Assembly (NCBI GenBank): GCA_951813565.1
Contig: OX638351.1
Coordinates: 4,672,001-4,736,000, forward strand
Direction of reading: 5' to 3'
DNA length: 64,000 nucleotides
From: an uncultured Poribacteria bacterium
Lineage (GTDB): Bacteria > Poribacteria > WGA-4E > WGA-3G
The translations under genes were made by a program, and so were the position numbers. Shown in pieces: positions 20,318 to 30,152 of the stretch. The notes under the pieces are model-generated. The model did no database searches and was not told the origin of the DNA. It saw only the letters and a program-made list of their open reading frames with translations. The number at the start of each line of letters is the position of its first letter. Position 1 is the stretch's first letter.

Positions 20318-21391
20318 TTAGGATTTCGAGCGGTGTCGGAGCAGATGATCGGTGAGAACGAGCGCTGCCATCGCCTCTACAATTGCAGGAGCACGGACCA
20401 ACACGCATGGGTCGTGCCGACCACTTGCCTCTAATGTCACCTCGTTTCCGTCCATATCCACAGTCTGTTGGGGTTTGCCAATTGTAGCTGTCGGTTTGAA
20501 TACGACTTGAAACACAATATCTTCGCCGTTTGAAATGCCGCCTTGTGTGCCACCAGAATTGTTTGTGCGGGTACGAATCCGTCCAGACTTATTATAGAAT
20601 TCATCGTTGTGTTCAGAACCTGTCATAGTTATACCGCCAAAACCGGACCCGATTTGAAATCCCATCGTTGCAGGAAGTGACATCATTGCCTTCGCCAAAT
20701 CTGCCTTGAGTTTGTCAAAGACAGGTTCGCCAAGACCAACAGGAACGTTGCGACAAACCGATTCAATGATACCACCGAGGGAATCCTGGTCGCGCCGTGC
20801 TTGATCAATACGTTCTGCCATTTTCGGACTGACAATTGGGTCAGGACACCGCACCGGACTTGCTTCTATCTCATCAAGTGTTACCGTGTCTGTATCTACT
20901 GAGGCTTCTAATGTATGAATCTGTTTGACATAAGCGAGCGTTTCGGTTTCACATCTCTCCCGCAGGATTTGCTTTGCGATTGCACCTCCAGCGACGCGAC
21001 CAATGGTTTCTCGCGCACTTGCTCTGCCACCGCCATGCCAGTGCCGAATGCCATATTTCTGCTGGTAGGTAAAATCCGCGTGTGAAGGACGGTAGAGGTC
21101 TTTCAGGTGTTCGTAGGCAGATGGACGTGCATCCTTATTCCAGACCAGCATAGAGATAGGCGTGCCAAGTGTTTTGCCTTCAAACACACCGGAGAGTATT
21201 TCAACAACATCTCCCTCCTGGCGAGGTGTCGTAAGATGGCTCTGCCCAGGTCTGCGGCGATCAAGTTCATATTGGACAGCGGGGACATCAAGGTCAATCT
21301 GCGGGGGACATCCATCCACAACAACACCTATAGCAGCACCGTGTGATTCTCCCCAAGTTGTAATCCGAAAAAGGTGGCCGAATGTATTCAT
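20318..21391 (-). CDS. aroC: Chorismate synthase
   Basis: [29 protein letters not shown] motifs. Confidence 0.97.
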   Translation of the reverse strand: MNTFGHLFRITTWGESHGAAIGVVVDGCPPQIDLDVPAVQYELDRRRPGQSHLTTPRQEGDVVEILSGVFEGKTLGTPISMLVWNKDARPSAYEHLKDLYRPSHADFTYQQKYGIRHWHGGGRASARETIGRVAGGAIAKQILRERCETETLAYVKQIHTLEASVDTDTVTLDEIEASPVRCPDPIVSPKMAERIDQARRDQDSLGGIIESVCRNVPVGLGEPVFDKLKADLAKAMMSLPATMGFQIGSGFGGITMTGSEHNDEFYNKSGRIRTRTNNSGGTQGGISNGEDIVFQVVFKPTATIGKPQQTVDMDGNEVTLEASGRHDPCVLVRAPAIVEAMAALVLTDHLLRHRSKS

Positions 21392-21513
21392 CTGTTTTAT
21401 TTCGATAGGCACACTTTGGGTGCCTGTCTTTATTTTTTTGAGTGTATATTTTACATTTCTTGTGATATACTATATCAAATTGTCAATAAATATGCAAGTA
21501 ATTTGACATCAGC

Positions 21514-21850
21514 AGGGTGTAAAGTTTTTGTAGAAAACCGCACAACTCCTATTGTAGGGGCGGGTCTCTGGGGAATGCCAAAAGGCATTCGGACCCGGTG
21601 AAGACTAAAGACGAATGCGCCAAATCAACGGTCCGAATGCCCTTTGGCATTCCCCGTATGGCATTCGCCATGGTTCATACCGTTGATTTCTTGATTTGGT
21701 GCCTGCCCGTTGCATAGCACGTCCTGCGCAGTGGCGGGGCACCAAATCAACGGTATGAATGCCTTATGGCATTCCCCGGGACCCCGCCCTACAGTGGACG
21801 CCGCGTAATCATTGCAAATTGAACCTATGTAACCAAATATTTACACACCC
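21514..21850. mobile_element. MITE with 8-bp target duplication carrying a REP and nested hairpin elements
   Basis: ACATCAGC at 21506-21513 and 21851-21858; imperfect ends AGGGTGTAAA / TTTACACACCC; inner GTAGGGGCGGG...CCCGCCCTAC. Confidence 0.8.
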
Positions 21851-21904
21851 ACATCAGCATCAGAGGCATTCAATTGTCAGCTTATTATCCGTTTTAGGCG
21901 AAAG

Positions 21905-21932
21905 GTCGCGACCAGGAGGTCGCTCCTACAGG
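21905..21932. repeat. REP-like palindrome (GTCGCGA...TCGCTCCTACAGG); related copy at 56628-56655
   Basis: Similar hairpin ending CTCCTACAGG at both sites. Confidence 0.6.
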
Positions 21933-22080
21933 AAGAGATATTTGAGAAAAGTTAGAAATTACTGGAGAATTGAATGGCTCTGTATCAGCATTGGTTTACT
22001 TGCCTAATTGACGGTTGCTCTTACAATGCTCACCTACTGCGAAATATCTACGTATTTTATGGATTTTCTATAGAGGATAG

Positions 22081-22785
22081 ATGATGACCTTTTTTAAACG
22101 TTATATTGCCCTACTTTTGATTTTTATCGCTATCGTGCTTTTGTGGAATACTGTGGTTATTTACCCTCTCAAGATTTTTGTTGTGTTTATGCACGAAGTG
22201 AGCCATGGAGTTGCAGCGATTGCAACGGGAGGCAGTATCGTCGAAATTGAGATTAATCAGCATCAAGGGGGACATGCACTCACCAGGGGCGGGAATCGTT
22301 TCTGGACACTATCCGCTGGTTACCTCGGCAGTCTGTTATGGGGCGGTGTTATTCTACTATTAGCAGCAAGGACGCGCTTTGGTAAAGCGGTTAGTGTGTT
22401 GATTGGTATAGGTATGGTAGCGATCACTATCGGTTTCGGATCCGATATGTTCACATACCTTTTCGGTATCGGTTTTGGGGTAGTGCTCATCCTTTTAGGT
22501 TTGTTTCTGCCGGAGATTGTCAATGACTGGATATTACGCATAATTGGTGTAACAAGTTGTCTCTACGCAATTCTTGACATTAAGAGTGATGTTTTAGATC
22601 GGTCAAATTTACGTTCTGATGCTCGGATGCTGGAAGAAGTAACAAACCTTCCAACACTGTTTTGGGGCATATTATGGATTGTCATTGCCATTGGGTTGAC
22701 CATTTGGTTTCTCTACATAGCAGGGAAATCTTCTAATTCTACAGATGCGGGAAGCACAGACTCCGCTGCTACGGAAACGGGTTAG
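22081..22785 (+). CDS. M50 family (M50B-like) membrane metallopeptidase
   Basis: HEVSH (HExxH), AGYLG, SDA motif, multiple TM segments. Confidence 0.85.
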   Translation: MMTFFKRYIALLLIFIAIVLLWNTVVIYPLKIFVVFMHEVSHGVAAIATGGSIVEIEINQHQGGHALTRGGNRFWTLSAGYLGSLLWGGVILLLAARTRFGKAVSVLIGIGMVAITIGFGSDMFTYLFGIGFGVVLILLGLFLPEIVNDWILRIIGVTSCLYAILDIKSDVLDRSNLRSDARMLEEVTNLPTLFWGILWIVIAIGLTIWFLYIAGKSSNSTDAGSTDSAATETG

Positions 22786-22797
22786 TCCTTAAGCGGA

Positions 22798-23112
22798 CCA
22801 TAGGTGTCAATTTAAGGATAGATATTCTTGTAGGAGGGCTTTGTCCGCCCGATTTTCTTCCAAATGCCACCTTTATTGTAGGGGCGGGGCACTTTGCCCG
22901 CCCGTTGCACGGCACGTTCCTGACACATGGCGGGGCACCAAATCAAGAAATCAACGGTATGAATCATGGCGAATCATGTAGAATACCAAAAGCGTATTCT
23001 ACCAAGCACATTCGTCTTTAGTCATTCACCGGGTCCGAATGCCTTATGGCATTCCCCGGGACCCCGCCCTACGATGTGAATGGGATTGCATGCCGTAAAT
23101 TGACACCTATGG
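22798..23112. mobile_element. MITE (CCATAGGTGTCAATTTA terminal inverted repeats) containing a REP and a 120-bp hairpin element
   Basis: CCATAGGTGTCAATTTA / TAAATTGACACCTATGG ends; related ends at ~34274 and 38267-38467. Confidence 0.75.
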
Positions 23113-23113
23113 G

Positions 23114-23326
23114 TTAATTATTTAGCGGTCCGAAGTCTATATTGTAATAGTTCAGCAACCATACGCAGATACCTAACAGAAAAAGAGGAATACAGATAAG
23201 GAGGATGAGGATAAAGACACCCCATATCCAGGAACCTTTGGATTTTGCGACGGTTGCTAACCGCGCGATCAACACCCCACCACCTATTATAATCAAAACC
23301 ACGAGTCCGAATACCACCATTACCAT
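23114..23326 (-). CDS. Small two-TM membrane protein
   Basis: GAGGA RBS; two hydrophobic stretches. Confidence 0.55.
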   Translation of the reverse strand: MVMVVFGLVVLIIIGGGVLIARLATVAKSKGSWIWGVFILILLICIPLFLLGICVWLLNYYNIDFGPLNN

Positions 23327-23341
23327 TTCTGTTTCCTCTCT

Positions 23342-25252
23342 ATGAAGTCTCCAACGAAAAGTCCGATCACTTTACGTGCAACGCTAATCGGCATTGCCCT
23401 CATTCCATTAAACAGTTATTGGATTCTTCACCTCAGTTACATCTGGGACTCTAATCGTCCCACAAGTTTGGCATTGCTGTTCAATGTGCTGTTTACGTTA
23501 CTTGTCCTCATTGCACTTAATGTTTTACTGCGTCGGTTGCGACCAACACTTGCGTTTTCACAAAGCGAACTGTTAACCATCTACGCGATGCTCTGTCAAG
23601 CTTCCGTTTTCGCTGGACGCGATATGCTACAAGTTTTGGTGCCATTGATGGGTAACGGTTTCTGGTACGCAACGCCGGAAAACGAATGGGCACAACTCTT
23701 TCATCAACATCTCCCTGAATGGCTTGTTGTTGGCGAACAAGATATATTGAGCGGTTTCTATAAAGGCGAATCAACGTTTTATCTTCAAACACATTTACAA
23801 GCATGGTTAGTGCCAACACTGATATGGGTATGCTTCTGTCTCGTTATTGGTGTAACAATGCTTTTCCTCAATGTGCTATTACGTAAACAGTGGCAAGAAC
23901 ATGAACGACTCACCTACCCAATTGCTCAACTTCCCTTTGAAATCACGCAAGGAAAAAATCGCTTTTTCAATCGGCGGATGATGACTGTCGGTTTATGCAT
24001 CGCTGCCTTGCTGAACCTCCTCTATAGTTTACACCAAATCAATCCAGTTTTCCCGACAATTCCGCTTTATCATAATTTTCGCCTCAGCGAAAAGCCGTGG
24101 AGTGCGATGAATAATCCCGGATTCCGTATTAGTTTCTTCCCGTTTGCAATCGGTGTAGGTTTCCTAATTCCGCTTGATCTTGGGTTTTCTTGCTGGTTTT
24201 TTCACCTATTTTGGCATTTTCAACGGATTGTCGGCGAAAGTTTTGGATGGCGTGGTTCTATTGGATTTCCAAGAGAAATGGCACAAATTCGAGGTGTATG
24301 GATAGCCCTATTTCTTTGGACATTGTGGATGGGACGCTCACACGTTAAGGCTGTGTTGAAGACCTTGTTCAGTAGTCGGGCACTGACGGATAGCGATGAA
24401 GGCGAAGCGTTACGCTACAAAACAGCAATAATCGGCGCGCTTGTTGGCTTCATCTTGATTATCGTGTTCTGCCTAAAAGCAGGGATGTCGTTGTGGTTTG
24501 CTGCGCTGTTTTTTGTTCTCTATTTTGCAATGTCAATTACTATAACTCGCATCCGCGCTGAGTTGGGACCGCCTGCACATGACCTATACAACGCGGGTCC
24601 AGATTTACTCTTAATAGATGCATTCGGGACACGGCGTATCGGCAATCGTAATTTATCAGTAATGTCGTTATTTTTCTGGTTGAATCATCTCTCTTATCGA
24701 GCGCATCCAATGCCGCATCAATTGGAGGCTCTAAAACTTGCAAATCAAACCCGTTTTAATGCCACACAACTGCTATGGGTATTAGCAATTGCGATTTTCG
24801 TTGGTGCGCTTTCGGCTGCATGGGGACACCTACACCTTTCCTATCAGGTTGGTTTAGAGAATGCACGTTCATGGTATGCCCGTGCGGCTTTCAATCGACT
24901 CGCTGGATGGCTCTATAACCCAGGCGAAACAAACTTCAGCGGATTGTTCTATACTGGTGGTGGGTTTATTTTCGCTATCAGTCTGCTGCTATTGCGATGG
25001 CGATTTATTCAGTGGCCCCTACATCCTGTCGGATATGTCGTTTCAAGTTGGTGGACGTTTACCGGGCTCTGGTTTCCACTTTTAATCAGTTGGACAATTA
25101 AACGTATCCTGCTGTCAACGGGTGGTGTTCGGTTATATCGGCGTGCCATTCCGTTTTTTATTGGCTTGGTTATTGGGGATGTTATCGTTGCATCCGTGAT
25201 TAGCATTTTGGGATTATTCTTGGATTATCGCGTTGTTTATCTGAGTTGGTAA
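23342..25252 (+). CDS. Polytopic membrane protein, DUF6785/DUF6784-like (putative transporter)
   Basis: Many TM helices; RKQWQEHERLTYPIAQLP and WPLHPVGY motifs. Confidence 0.7.
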   Translation: MKSPTKSPITLRATLIGIALIPLNSYWILHLSYIWDSNRPTSLALLFNVLFTLLVLIALNVLLRRLRPTLAFSQSELLTIYAMLCQASVFAGRDMLQVLVPLMGNGFWYATPENEWAQLFHQHLPEWLVVGEQDILSGFYKGESTFYLQTHLQAWLVPTLIWVCFCLVIGVTMLFLNVLLRKQWQEHERLTYPIAQLPFEITQGKNRFFNRRMMTVGLCIAALLNLLYSLHQINPVFPTIPLYHNFRLSEKPWSAMNNPGFRISFFPFAIGVGFLIPLDLGFSCWFFHLFWHFQRIVGESFGWRGSIGFPREMAQIRGVWIALFLWTLWMGRSHVKAVLKTLFSSRALTDSDEGEALRYKTAIIGALVGFILIIVFCLKAGMSLWFAALFFVLYFAMSITITRIRAELGPPAHDLYNAGPDLLLIDAFGTRRIGNRNLSVMSLFFWLNHLSYRAHPMPHQLEALKLANQTRFNATQLLWVLAIAIFVGALSAAWGHLHLSYQVGLENARSWYARAAFNRLAGWLYNPGETNFSGLFYTGGGFIFAISLLLLRWRFIQWPLHPVGYVVSSWWTFTGLWFPLLISWTIKRILLSTGGVRLYRRAIPFFIGLVIGDVIVASVISILGLFLDYRVVYLSW

Positions 25253-25272
25253 CCTCACAGTATAAGCACTTT

Positions 25273-25460
25273 TATAGTGGGTTTCACAGTTAACTTAACA
25301 TTTTAATTTGTAGGAGGGAACTCCGATTCCCGACTGCAAACGTGTCGCGATTCGGAGATCGCTCCCGCCAAATGCCAAAAGCGTATTTGGCGTTGATTCC
25401 AAAACATGAACAATTGTGAAAAACAACAAAACTTTCACTTAACTGGCACAAGTCGTTATA
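25273..25460. repeat. Degenerate MITE/REP nest with an inserted hairpin+GTTGATT element
   Basis: End TTAACTGGCACAAGTCGTTATA is the reverse complement of a similar end at ~55353; inner GTAGGAGGG REP and GCCAAATGCC..ATTTGGCGTTGATT. Confidence 0.55.
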
Positions 25461-25536
25461 AAAGCGTTTTTGTTAATGAAAAGTGGTCATTCAGAAATGG
25501 TATAAGCACTTTAATGGGTGGATAGAGATGAGAAAA

Positions 25537-25565
25537 CAGGCAGATACCGTAAGATACCTGTCTGT
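25537..25565. terminator. Probable terminator hairpin between convergent genes
   Basis: ACAGGCAG...CTGTCTGT stem. Confidence 0.4.
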
Positions 25566-25591
25566 AAGGTTTGAGGATGTGTTGAACACCT

Positions 25592-26164
25592 TTACGGCTT
25601 TTCTTCTATCAGGTGCACATTATCTGTAAAACTGGGAGTATAAGCCTGAGACTCATGTTTTTCACCAGAGCTGGGGATCGTCACTTCTGCCTTCGAATAC
25701 GAATCACAGTGAGGAAAGGTAAAAACTGGATGGTAGGTATTAAACCAGTCTGTATCTTCGTGATCACCATTATGACTCATGCCGTCTACTTTACCGACGA
25801 TGTCACCGTCATCCTCAAATGGCTCTCCGTCTGGCTCAATTAACGGATTAATCTTCGCGCGTAGATGCCAGGTGCCTTTGATTTTGGGGTCCTCGTAACT
25901 TGATGAATAATAGGAGTAGGCATATAGAAAATGGCATAGCTTGAATTGTGCAGCGGCATTAGCAGTATACGTATACACGCTGCCTTTGCTGCCGTCACCT
26001 TCTGAATCTGCGCCACGCTGTATCACCTTCCAAGTGTCACCATCCCAATAATAATGGGTTTTTTTGCTTGTAATCTCATTGTAGATGTCATTATCCGAAC
26101 GGATGCCTGAATTCAGGGTCGTCAAAAACGCCAATATGGCGATAAAACAAAATACTTTCTTCAT
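25592..26164 (-). CDS. Hypothetical secreted protein
   Basis: AGGAG RBS; signal-peptide-like N-terminus. Confidence 0.7.
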   Translation of the reverse strand: MKKVFCFIAILAFLTTLNSGIRSDNDIYNEITSKKTHYYWDGDTWKVIQRGADSEGDGSKGSVYTYTANAAAQFKLCHFLYAYSYYSSSYEDPKIKGTWHLRAKINPLIEPDGEPFEDDGDIVGKVDGMSHNGDHEDTDWFNTYHPVFTFPHCDSYSKAEVTIPSSGEKHESQAYTPSFTDNVHLIEEKP

Positions 26165-26179
26165 CGGATTTCTCCTTTA

Positions 26180-26953
26180 TTAGGGTCGTGGTAAATCTAA
26201 AAAAGTGTAAGGGTCAATGCCTTCTGACGAATCTAAAATCTTTATATCAGAAGGAATATCACTTTCTAACAAGGGGCGATCATCTCGGCGATTGGCACGA
26301 ATGGCTGCCAAGTCGTCTGGATGCCCTTTTATATATCGGATTCTTCTGCCGATACCCTGCCCAAAAACTTTCCAGCGCGGGCCCCAGTCAACGTAGACCG
26401 TGCCACGTATCGTGGGGTAAAATAACCCCGTTGATCTCCGCGTTGAAAAGCCTTCAACTTTCTCGCCACGCTTCCACAACTCGACCCAAAGACGATCCAT
26501 CAATTCATAATTTGGATTGTCTTTATATTCGTCCATGTTAGGGTTCTCAGTATAATACGGTGGATCAAAAATATCTTGCCAGGGGAAGTCAGGTGGCAGT
26601 TCTGGATAGGGTCCAAAACCGAACTTTGATACCCGAACCTCTGCTGTCTCTGCGTTTTGTGCGGGGGCGCCGGTTTGTGACGCCTCTGTGTTATCCGTCA
26701 GGGCAGTTGCATCGGCACTTTGTTTATCTGCGGTTGGCAATGTGCTATCCGCAGGTGCATCGGCTGCCTGTTCTGCTACCTTGCTTTTCTCGGATTTTTC
26801 TATCTCCGATTGGCGAAGCAGTTTTTGTGCATCGGATGCCGCTTTTCTCTCGTCTGCCAGTGAGTGTTGATACCATAGATAACATGCACCAGCAATGATT
26901 ATCAGAAGGGCTATGCCTCCCAATATCCATAGGGTATAGCTGCTTCTAATCAT
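26180..26953 (-). CDS. Hypothetical membrane-anchored protein
   Basis: N-terminal TM, Ala/Thr-rich linker, VSKFGFGPYPELP region; AGAGG RBS. Confidence 0.7.
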   Translation of the reverse strand: MIRSSYTLWILGGIALLIIIAGACYLWYQHSLADERKAASDAQKLLRQSEIEKSEKSKVAEQAADAPADSTLPTADKQSADATALTDNTEASQTGAPAQNAETAEVRVSKFGFGPYPELPPDFPWQDIFDPPYYTENPNMDEYKDNPNYELMDRLWVELWKRGEKVEGFSTRRSTGLFYPTIRGTVYVDWGPRWKVFGQGIGRRIRYIKGHPDDLAAIRANRRDDRPLLESDIPSDIKILDSSEGIDPYTFLDLPRP

Positions 26954-27452
26954 GCTTATACCTCTTTTGTTGTGCCACACTTTCGCGTGGCGTTTTACTT
27001 GTTTATGAGTTATCCCTATCTGCTTAGTACGCCGGCGTGCCTTGCCTGCTTAAAAGGTTAGGGCACCCCCGGCGACCAAGCCAATACTCCAAAATATAAT
27101 TTTAGAAAAAGGGCACCCATATTGTGAGTATTGTTTGGTCGTTATAAGTATTATAGATGGAAGAAAAAGTCAAGTATAAATTTTAAAAATGAAATTTAGT
27201 GGAGATTGAGCAATTTTAACAAATTTAACGGATTCCAATAATCTTTTCTATAACCTATTGTGTATCTATTGTTTTGAAGACAGCTTTGGTACTTCTGGAC
27301 CAGAATTTTAGAAATATTACAATCCGATTGATTGTTTTTGTTTGATAGGAAAATCACTTGACATTTAAAATACATTGGTGTTAAACTTCTCATGCAAAAC
27401 TGAAGGTTTAATTTTAACACATCTCAAAACACATTATCCTGAGGCCTCTCCA

Positions 27453-27704
27453 ATGAAACGACATCATATTGTTGGTATTATCGTTGGGATATGTGCGATA
27501 GGTTTGGCAGTACGTAGTGCCCTTTCGGGAAATATCATTGACGCACTCATAAACTTTACAGCGTTATCTGTCGTAGCCATCTCAACCTTTTTTAAGGACA
27601 GATTATCACCCAGATGGTCGCACCGGAGATTACCCCTTTGGATGTGTGTTATTGTAGTTTGCCTTTTCTTATTTGAGTTGATTTTTGAGTTGATTGTCCC
27701 TTGA
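27453..27704 (+). CDS. Small three-TM membrane protein
   Basis: ATG after GAGG; three hydrophobic segments. Confidence 0.55.
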   Translation: MKRHHIVGIIVGICAIGLAVRSALSGNIIDALINFTALSVVAISTFFKDRLSPRWSHRRLPLWMCVIVVCLFLFELIFELIVP

Positions 27705-27745
27705 CCTTCTTTCCTAAAGCGGCAGCATCACCTTCATTACATAAA

Positions 27746-28675
27746 ATGGATACAACAGATTTATCACTCAGTGTAAATATCGGCGGGATTCGGATGCGTA
27801 ACCCTGTGATGACTGCATCAGGAACATTTGGATACGGTAGCGAATACGCGGATTTCGTAGACTTAAACCGACTCGGTGCGGTTGTCGTTAAAGGTGTTAC
27901 AAGCGTGCCGTGGCCCGGCAATCCGATGGACCGCATTATGGAAACACCGTCTGGTATGCTCAACGCTATTGGGCTGCAGAATGTTGGGGTAGATGGTTTT
28001 ATTGCAGAAAAGTTACCTTACCTGCGAGATTTTGATGTGCCGGTGATTGTCAATGTTTGTGGCAAAACAGTTGAAGAATACCTGATAGTCGTAGAAAAGT
28101 TAAGTGAGGCAGGTGGTGTCGCTGGAGTGGAGCTCAATATCTCCTGTCCGAATCTTGATTGTGGTGGTATGAGTTTCGGTGTTGATGCAACGTTAGCGCA
28201 TCAACTTGTGAAAGCGGTCAGGGCAAAAACACATCTGCCGTTATTGGTGAAACTGTCGCCAAATGTCACGGATATTACTGAGATAGCGCGTGCCGTTGAA
28301 GATGCTGGAACAGATGCACTTTCTGCGATTAACACGCTACTCGGCATGGCAATCAACGCGGAAACCCGCAAACCGGAACTCGCCAACGTAACAGGTGGTC
28401 TTTCCGGACCTGCGATTAAGCCTGTAGCATTGAGATTGGTTTGGGAGGTATACAAAAGCGTCTCTATTCCGATTGTTGGAATGGGAGGTATAATGAATGC
28501 AACGGATGCAGTAGAATTTTTCATTGCTGGCGCATCTGCGGTTGCTGTCGGAACAGCAAACTTTGTCAATCCACAGGCATCAATAAAAGTGGCAAAAGGT
28601 ATCAACAACTACCTTGAGAAGGTGGACATGAATTCAATAAAGGAATTGGTTGGGAGTTTGAAGGTTGACACTTAA
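27746..28675 (+). CDS. pyrD: Dihydroorotate dehydrogenase, family 1B catalytic subunit
   Basis: NPVMTASGTFG, NAIGLQN, ELNISCPN, VKLSPN, GGLSGPAIKP. Confidence 0.95.
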   Translation: MDTTDLSLSVNIGGIRMRNPVMTASGTFGYGSEYADFVDLNRLGAVVVKGVTSVPWPGNPMDRIMETPSGMLNAIGLQNVGVDGFIAEKLPYLRDFDVPVIVNVCGKTVEEYLIVVEKLSEAGGVAGVELNISCPNLDCGGMSFGVDATLAHQLVKAVRAKTHLPLLVKLSPNVTDITEIARAVEDAGTDALSAINTLLGMAINAETRKPELANVTGGLSGPAIKPVALRLVWEVYKSVSIPIVGMGGIMNATDAVEFFIAGASAVAVGTANFVNPQASIKVAKGINNYLEKVDMNSIKELVGSLKVDT

Positions 28676-28826
28676 TCAACGTAAAAAAGTTGGTATTTTC
28701 TGACAATCTGATGTATAATTTGGAATATGGCACAATACTACGATAACGCAGTCAAATATGTCATGCTTGGGCATTCTCAAGAATTTGCAGAATTCATGGT
28801 AGGACACTCAAACATCAAAGTATTAG

Positions 28827-29230
28827 CACTCCCTGTCAAACCCCCTGCCTTTAGGTAGGGGATGTAGACAGCTCAGCAGTTTATGTGTCAAAAAAACCTT
28901 GACACTTTCACCAAAATTTGATATATTGTCTTTAGCAGTCGGCATCGGTTCTGATTGATGTGGTGGTAGACCGCTCGGCAGTGAAACAATCAGGTAAAAG
29001 CCTTGCGATTCAATACTGCTAAAGTTCTTTGTAACATCTATTGCACGTTTAGGGTAGACGCATTGAAAAATGCTCACCCGCTTGAAAAATCACGTGTCAA
29101 AAATAATAAGTTGCCTTCGGGCAAGTGGCTGGCTTAGCAGCCACTGTGGAGCAGATGTAAGACGCTTCTTCGGAAACGCTAACTGCTACGAAGCACAAGC
29201 CCCTGCCTTTAGGTAGTGGGTCACTATGAC
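28827..29230 (+). mobile_element. Non-autonomous IS200/IS605-type element with no transposase or tnpB ORF
   Basis: Inserted 3' of TTAG with no TSD; subterminal hairpins sharing CCCCTGCCTTTAGGTAG at ~28842 and ~29200; ends in TGAC. Confidence 0.8.
28899..28927 (+). promoter_or_regulatory. Sigma70-like promoter inside the element
   Basis: TTGACA-17 bp-TATATT. Confidence 0.65.
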
Positions 29231-29839
29231 AGAAACTTGAAACGGAGCAACCGACCCTCAAGACGCATCAAAATGATAGCACTTTGAAGGTACAGCTTCC
29301 TGATGAAACAGTTATATTTCACACTGAAGTGCAAGCAGACGACAGTAGAAAACCGATGCATTATCGCCTTGCAGGGTATAACGGTTTTCTTATTAATTTA
29401 CACGAAATGCCTGTCTATTGTAACGTTCTCTATCTACATCCTAACGCAGGTAGAGATGATAATGGCCACTATGCTTACAAAGGGATGGGGTACGAATATA
29501 CGCTTCACTATAAGGTGCTCAGACTGATTGAGATAGACGGACAATCAATATTGGAAAAGCAGGCACCCGGGTTACTACCTTTTACTCCGCTGATGGAAGC
29601 ACCAGAAGGAATGGATGCCAACCGTTGGTTGGAAAAATGTATTGATGCGACAGCATCTGCAAGCATAGATCAGCATACTCGGGATATTTTACTCGCGGCA
29701 CTTGGTATTTTCGGCGGTTTAGTTTATGAACCACAACTAATTAAACAATTTTTACCGGAGGGTATCATGCAAGAATCTCCTTTTTTCCAACACGTTATTC
29801 AAGAAGCAACAACAAAAGCAAAAAAAGAGGCTTACAAAG

Positions 29840-29918
29840 AAGGCATGAAACAAGGCATGGAACAAGGCATGGAACAAGGCATAGAACAAGGCATGGAACA
29901 AGGCATGGAACAAGGCGA
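29840..29918 (+). repeat. 12-bp coding tandem repeat (GAACAAGGCATG; EQGM)
   Basis: About six consecutive units encoding KEGMKQGMEQGMEQGIEQGMEQGMEQG. Confidence 0.9.
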
Positions 29919-30152
29919 AAAGAAGGGTACTATCCAAAGCATTATCGCACTACTTGAGAGGCAATTCCAACCCGATGCAGTGCAAGTTTTAGAGCCGACT
30001 TTAGAGGGTATTGATGATTTACAACGCCTCAGAGAGTTGCTGCTTGCAGCATCTCAAGTTAATAGTCTTGAAACGTTCATGCAGTTTCTGACAAATGGAA
30101 ATGCCACTGAATCAGGGAATGGATTTCAATAAACGCGCTCTTAGAGGAGACA

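Larger units (their letters stand above)
28727..30132 (+). pseudogene. Rpn/YhgA-like (PD-(D/E)XK) protein interrupted by a 404-bp insertion
   Basis: Removing 28827-29230 restores one ORF (MAQYYDNAVK...KVL-E-KLETEQPT...HTEVQ...MQESPFFQ); C-terminal EQG repeats. Confidence 0.8.

Noticed and set aside
21374..22007. Short ORFs 21374-21601 and 21759-22007 (also 34785-34991, 36363-36650, 56921-57136)
   Set aside because: They lie across repeats or AT-rich intergenic DNA with no RBS or protein-like motifs.
28827..29230. Self-splicing IStron (group I intron + IS605)
   Set aside because: The junctions (exon ends in G, element ends in C) do not fit the U / terminal G rule, and no group I core is recognisable.
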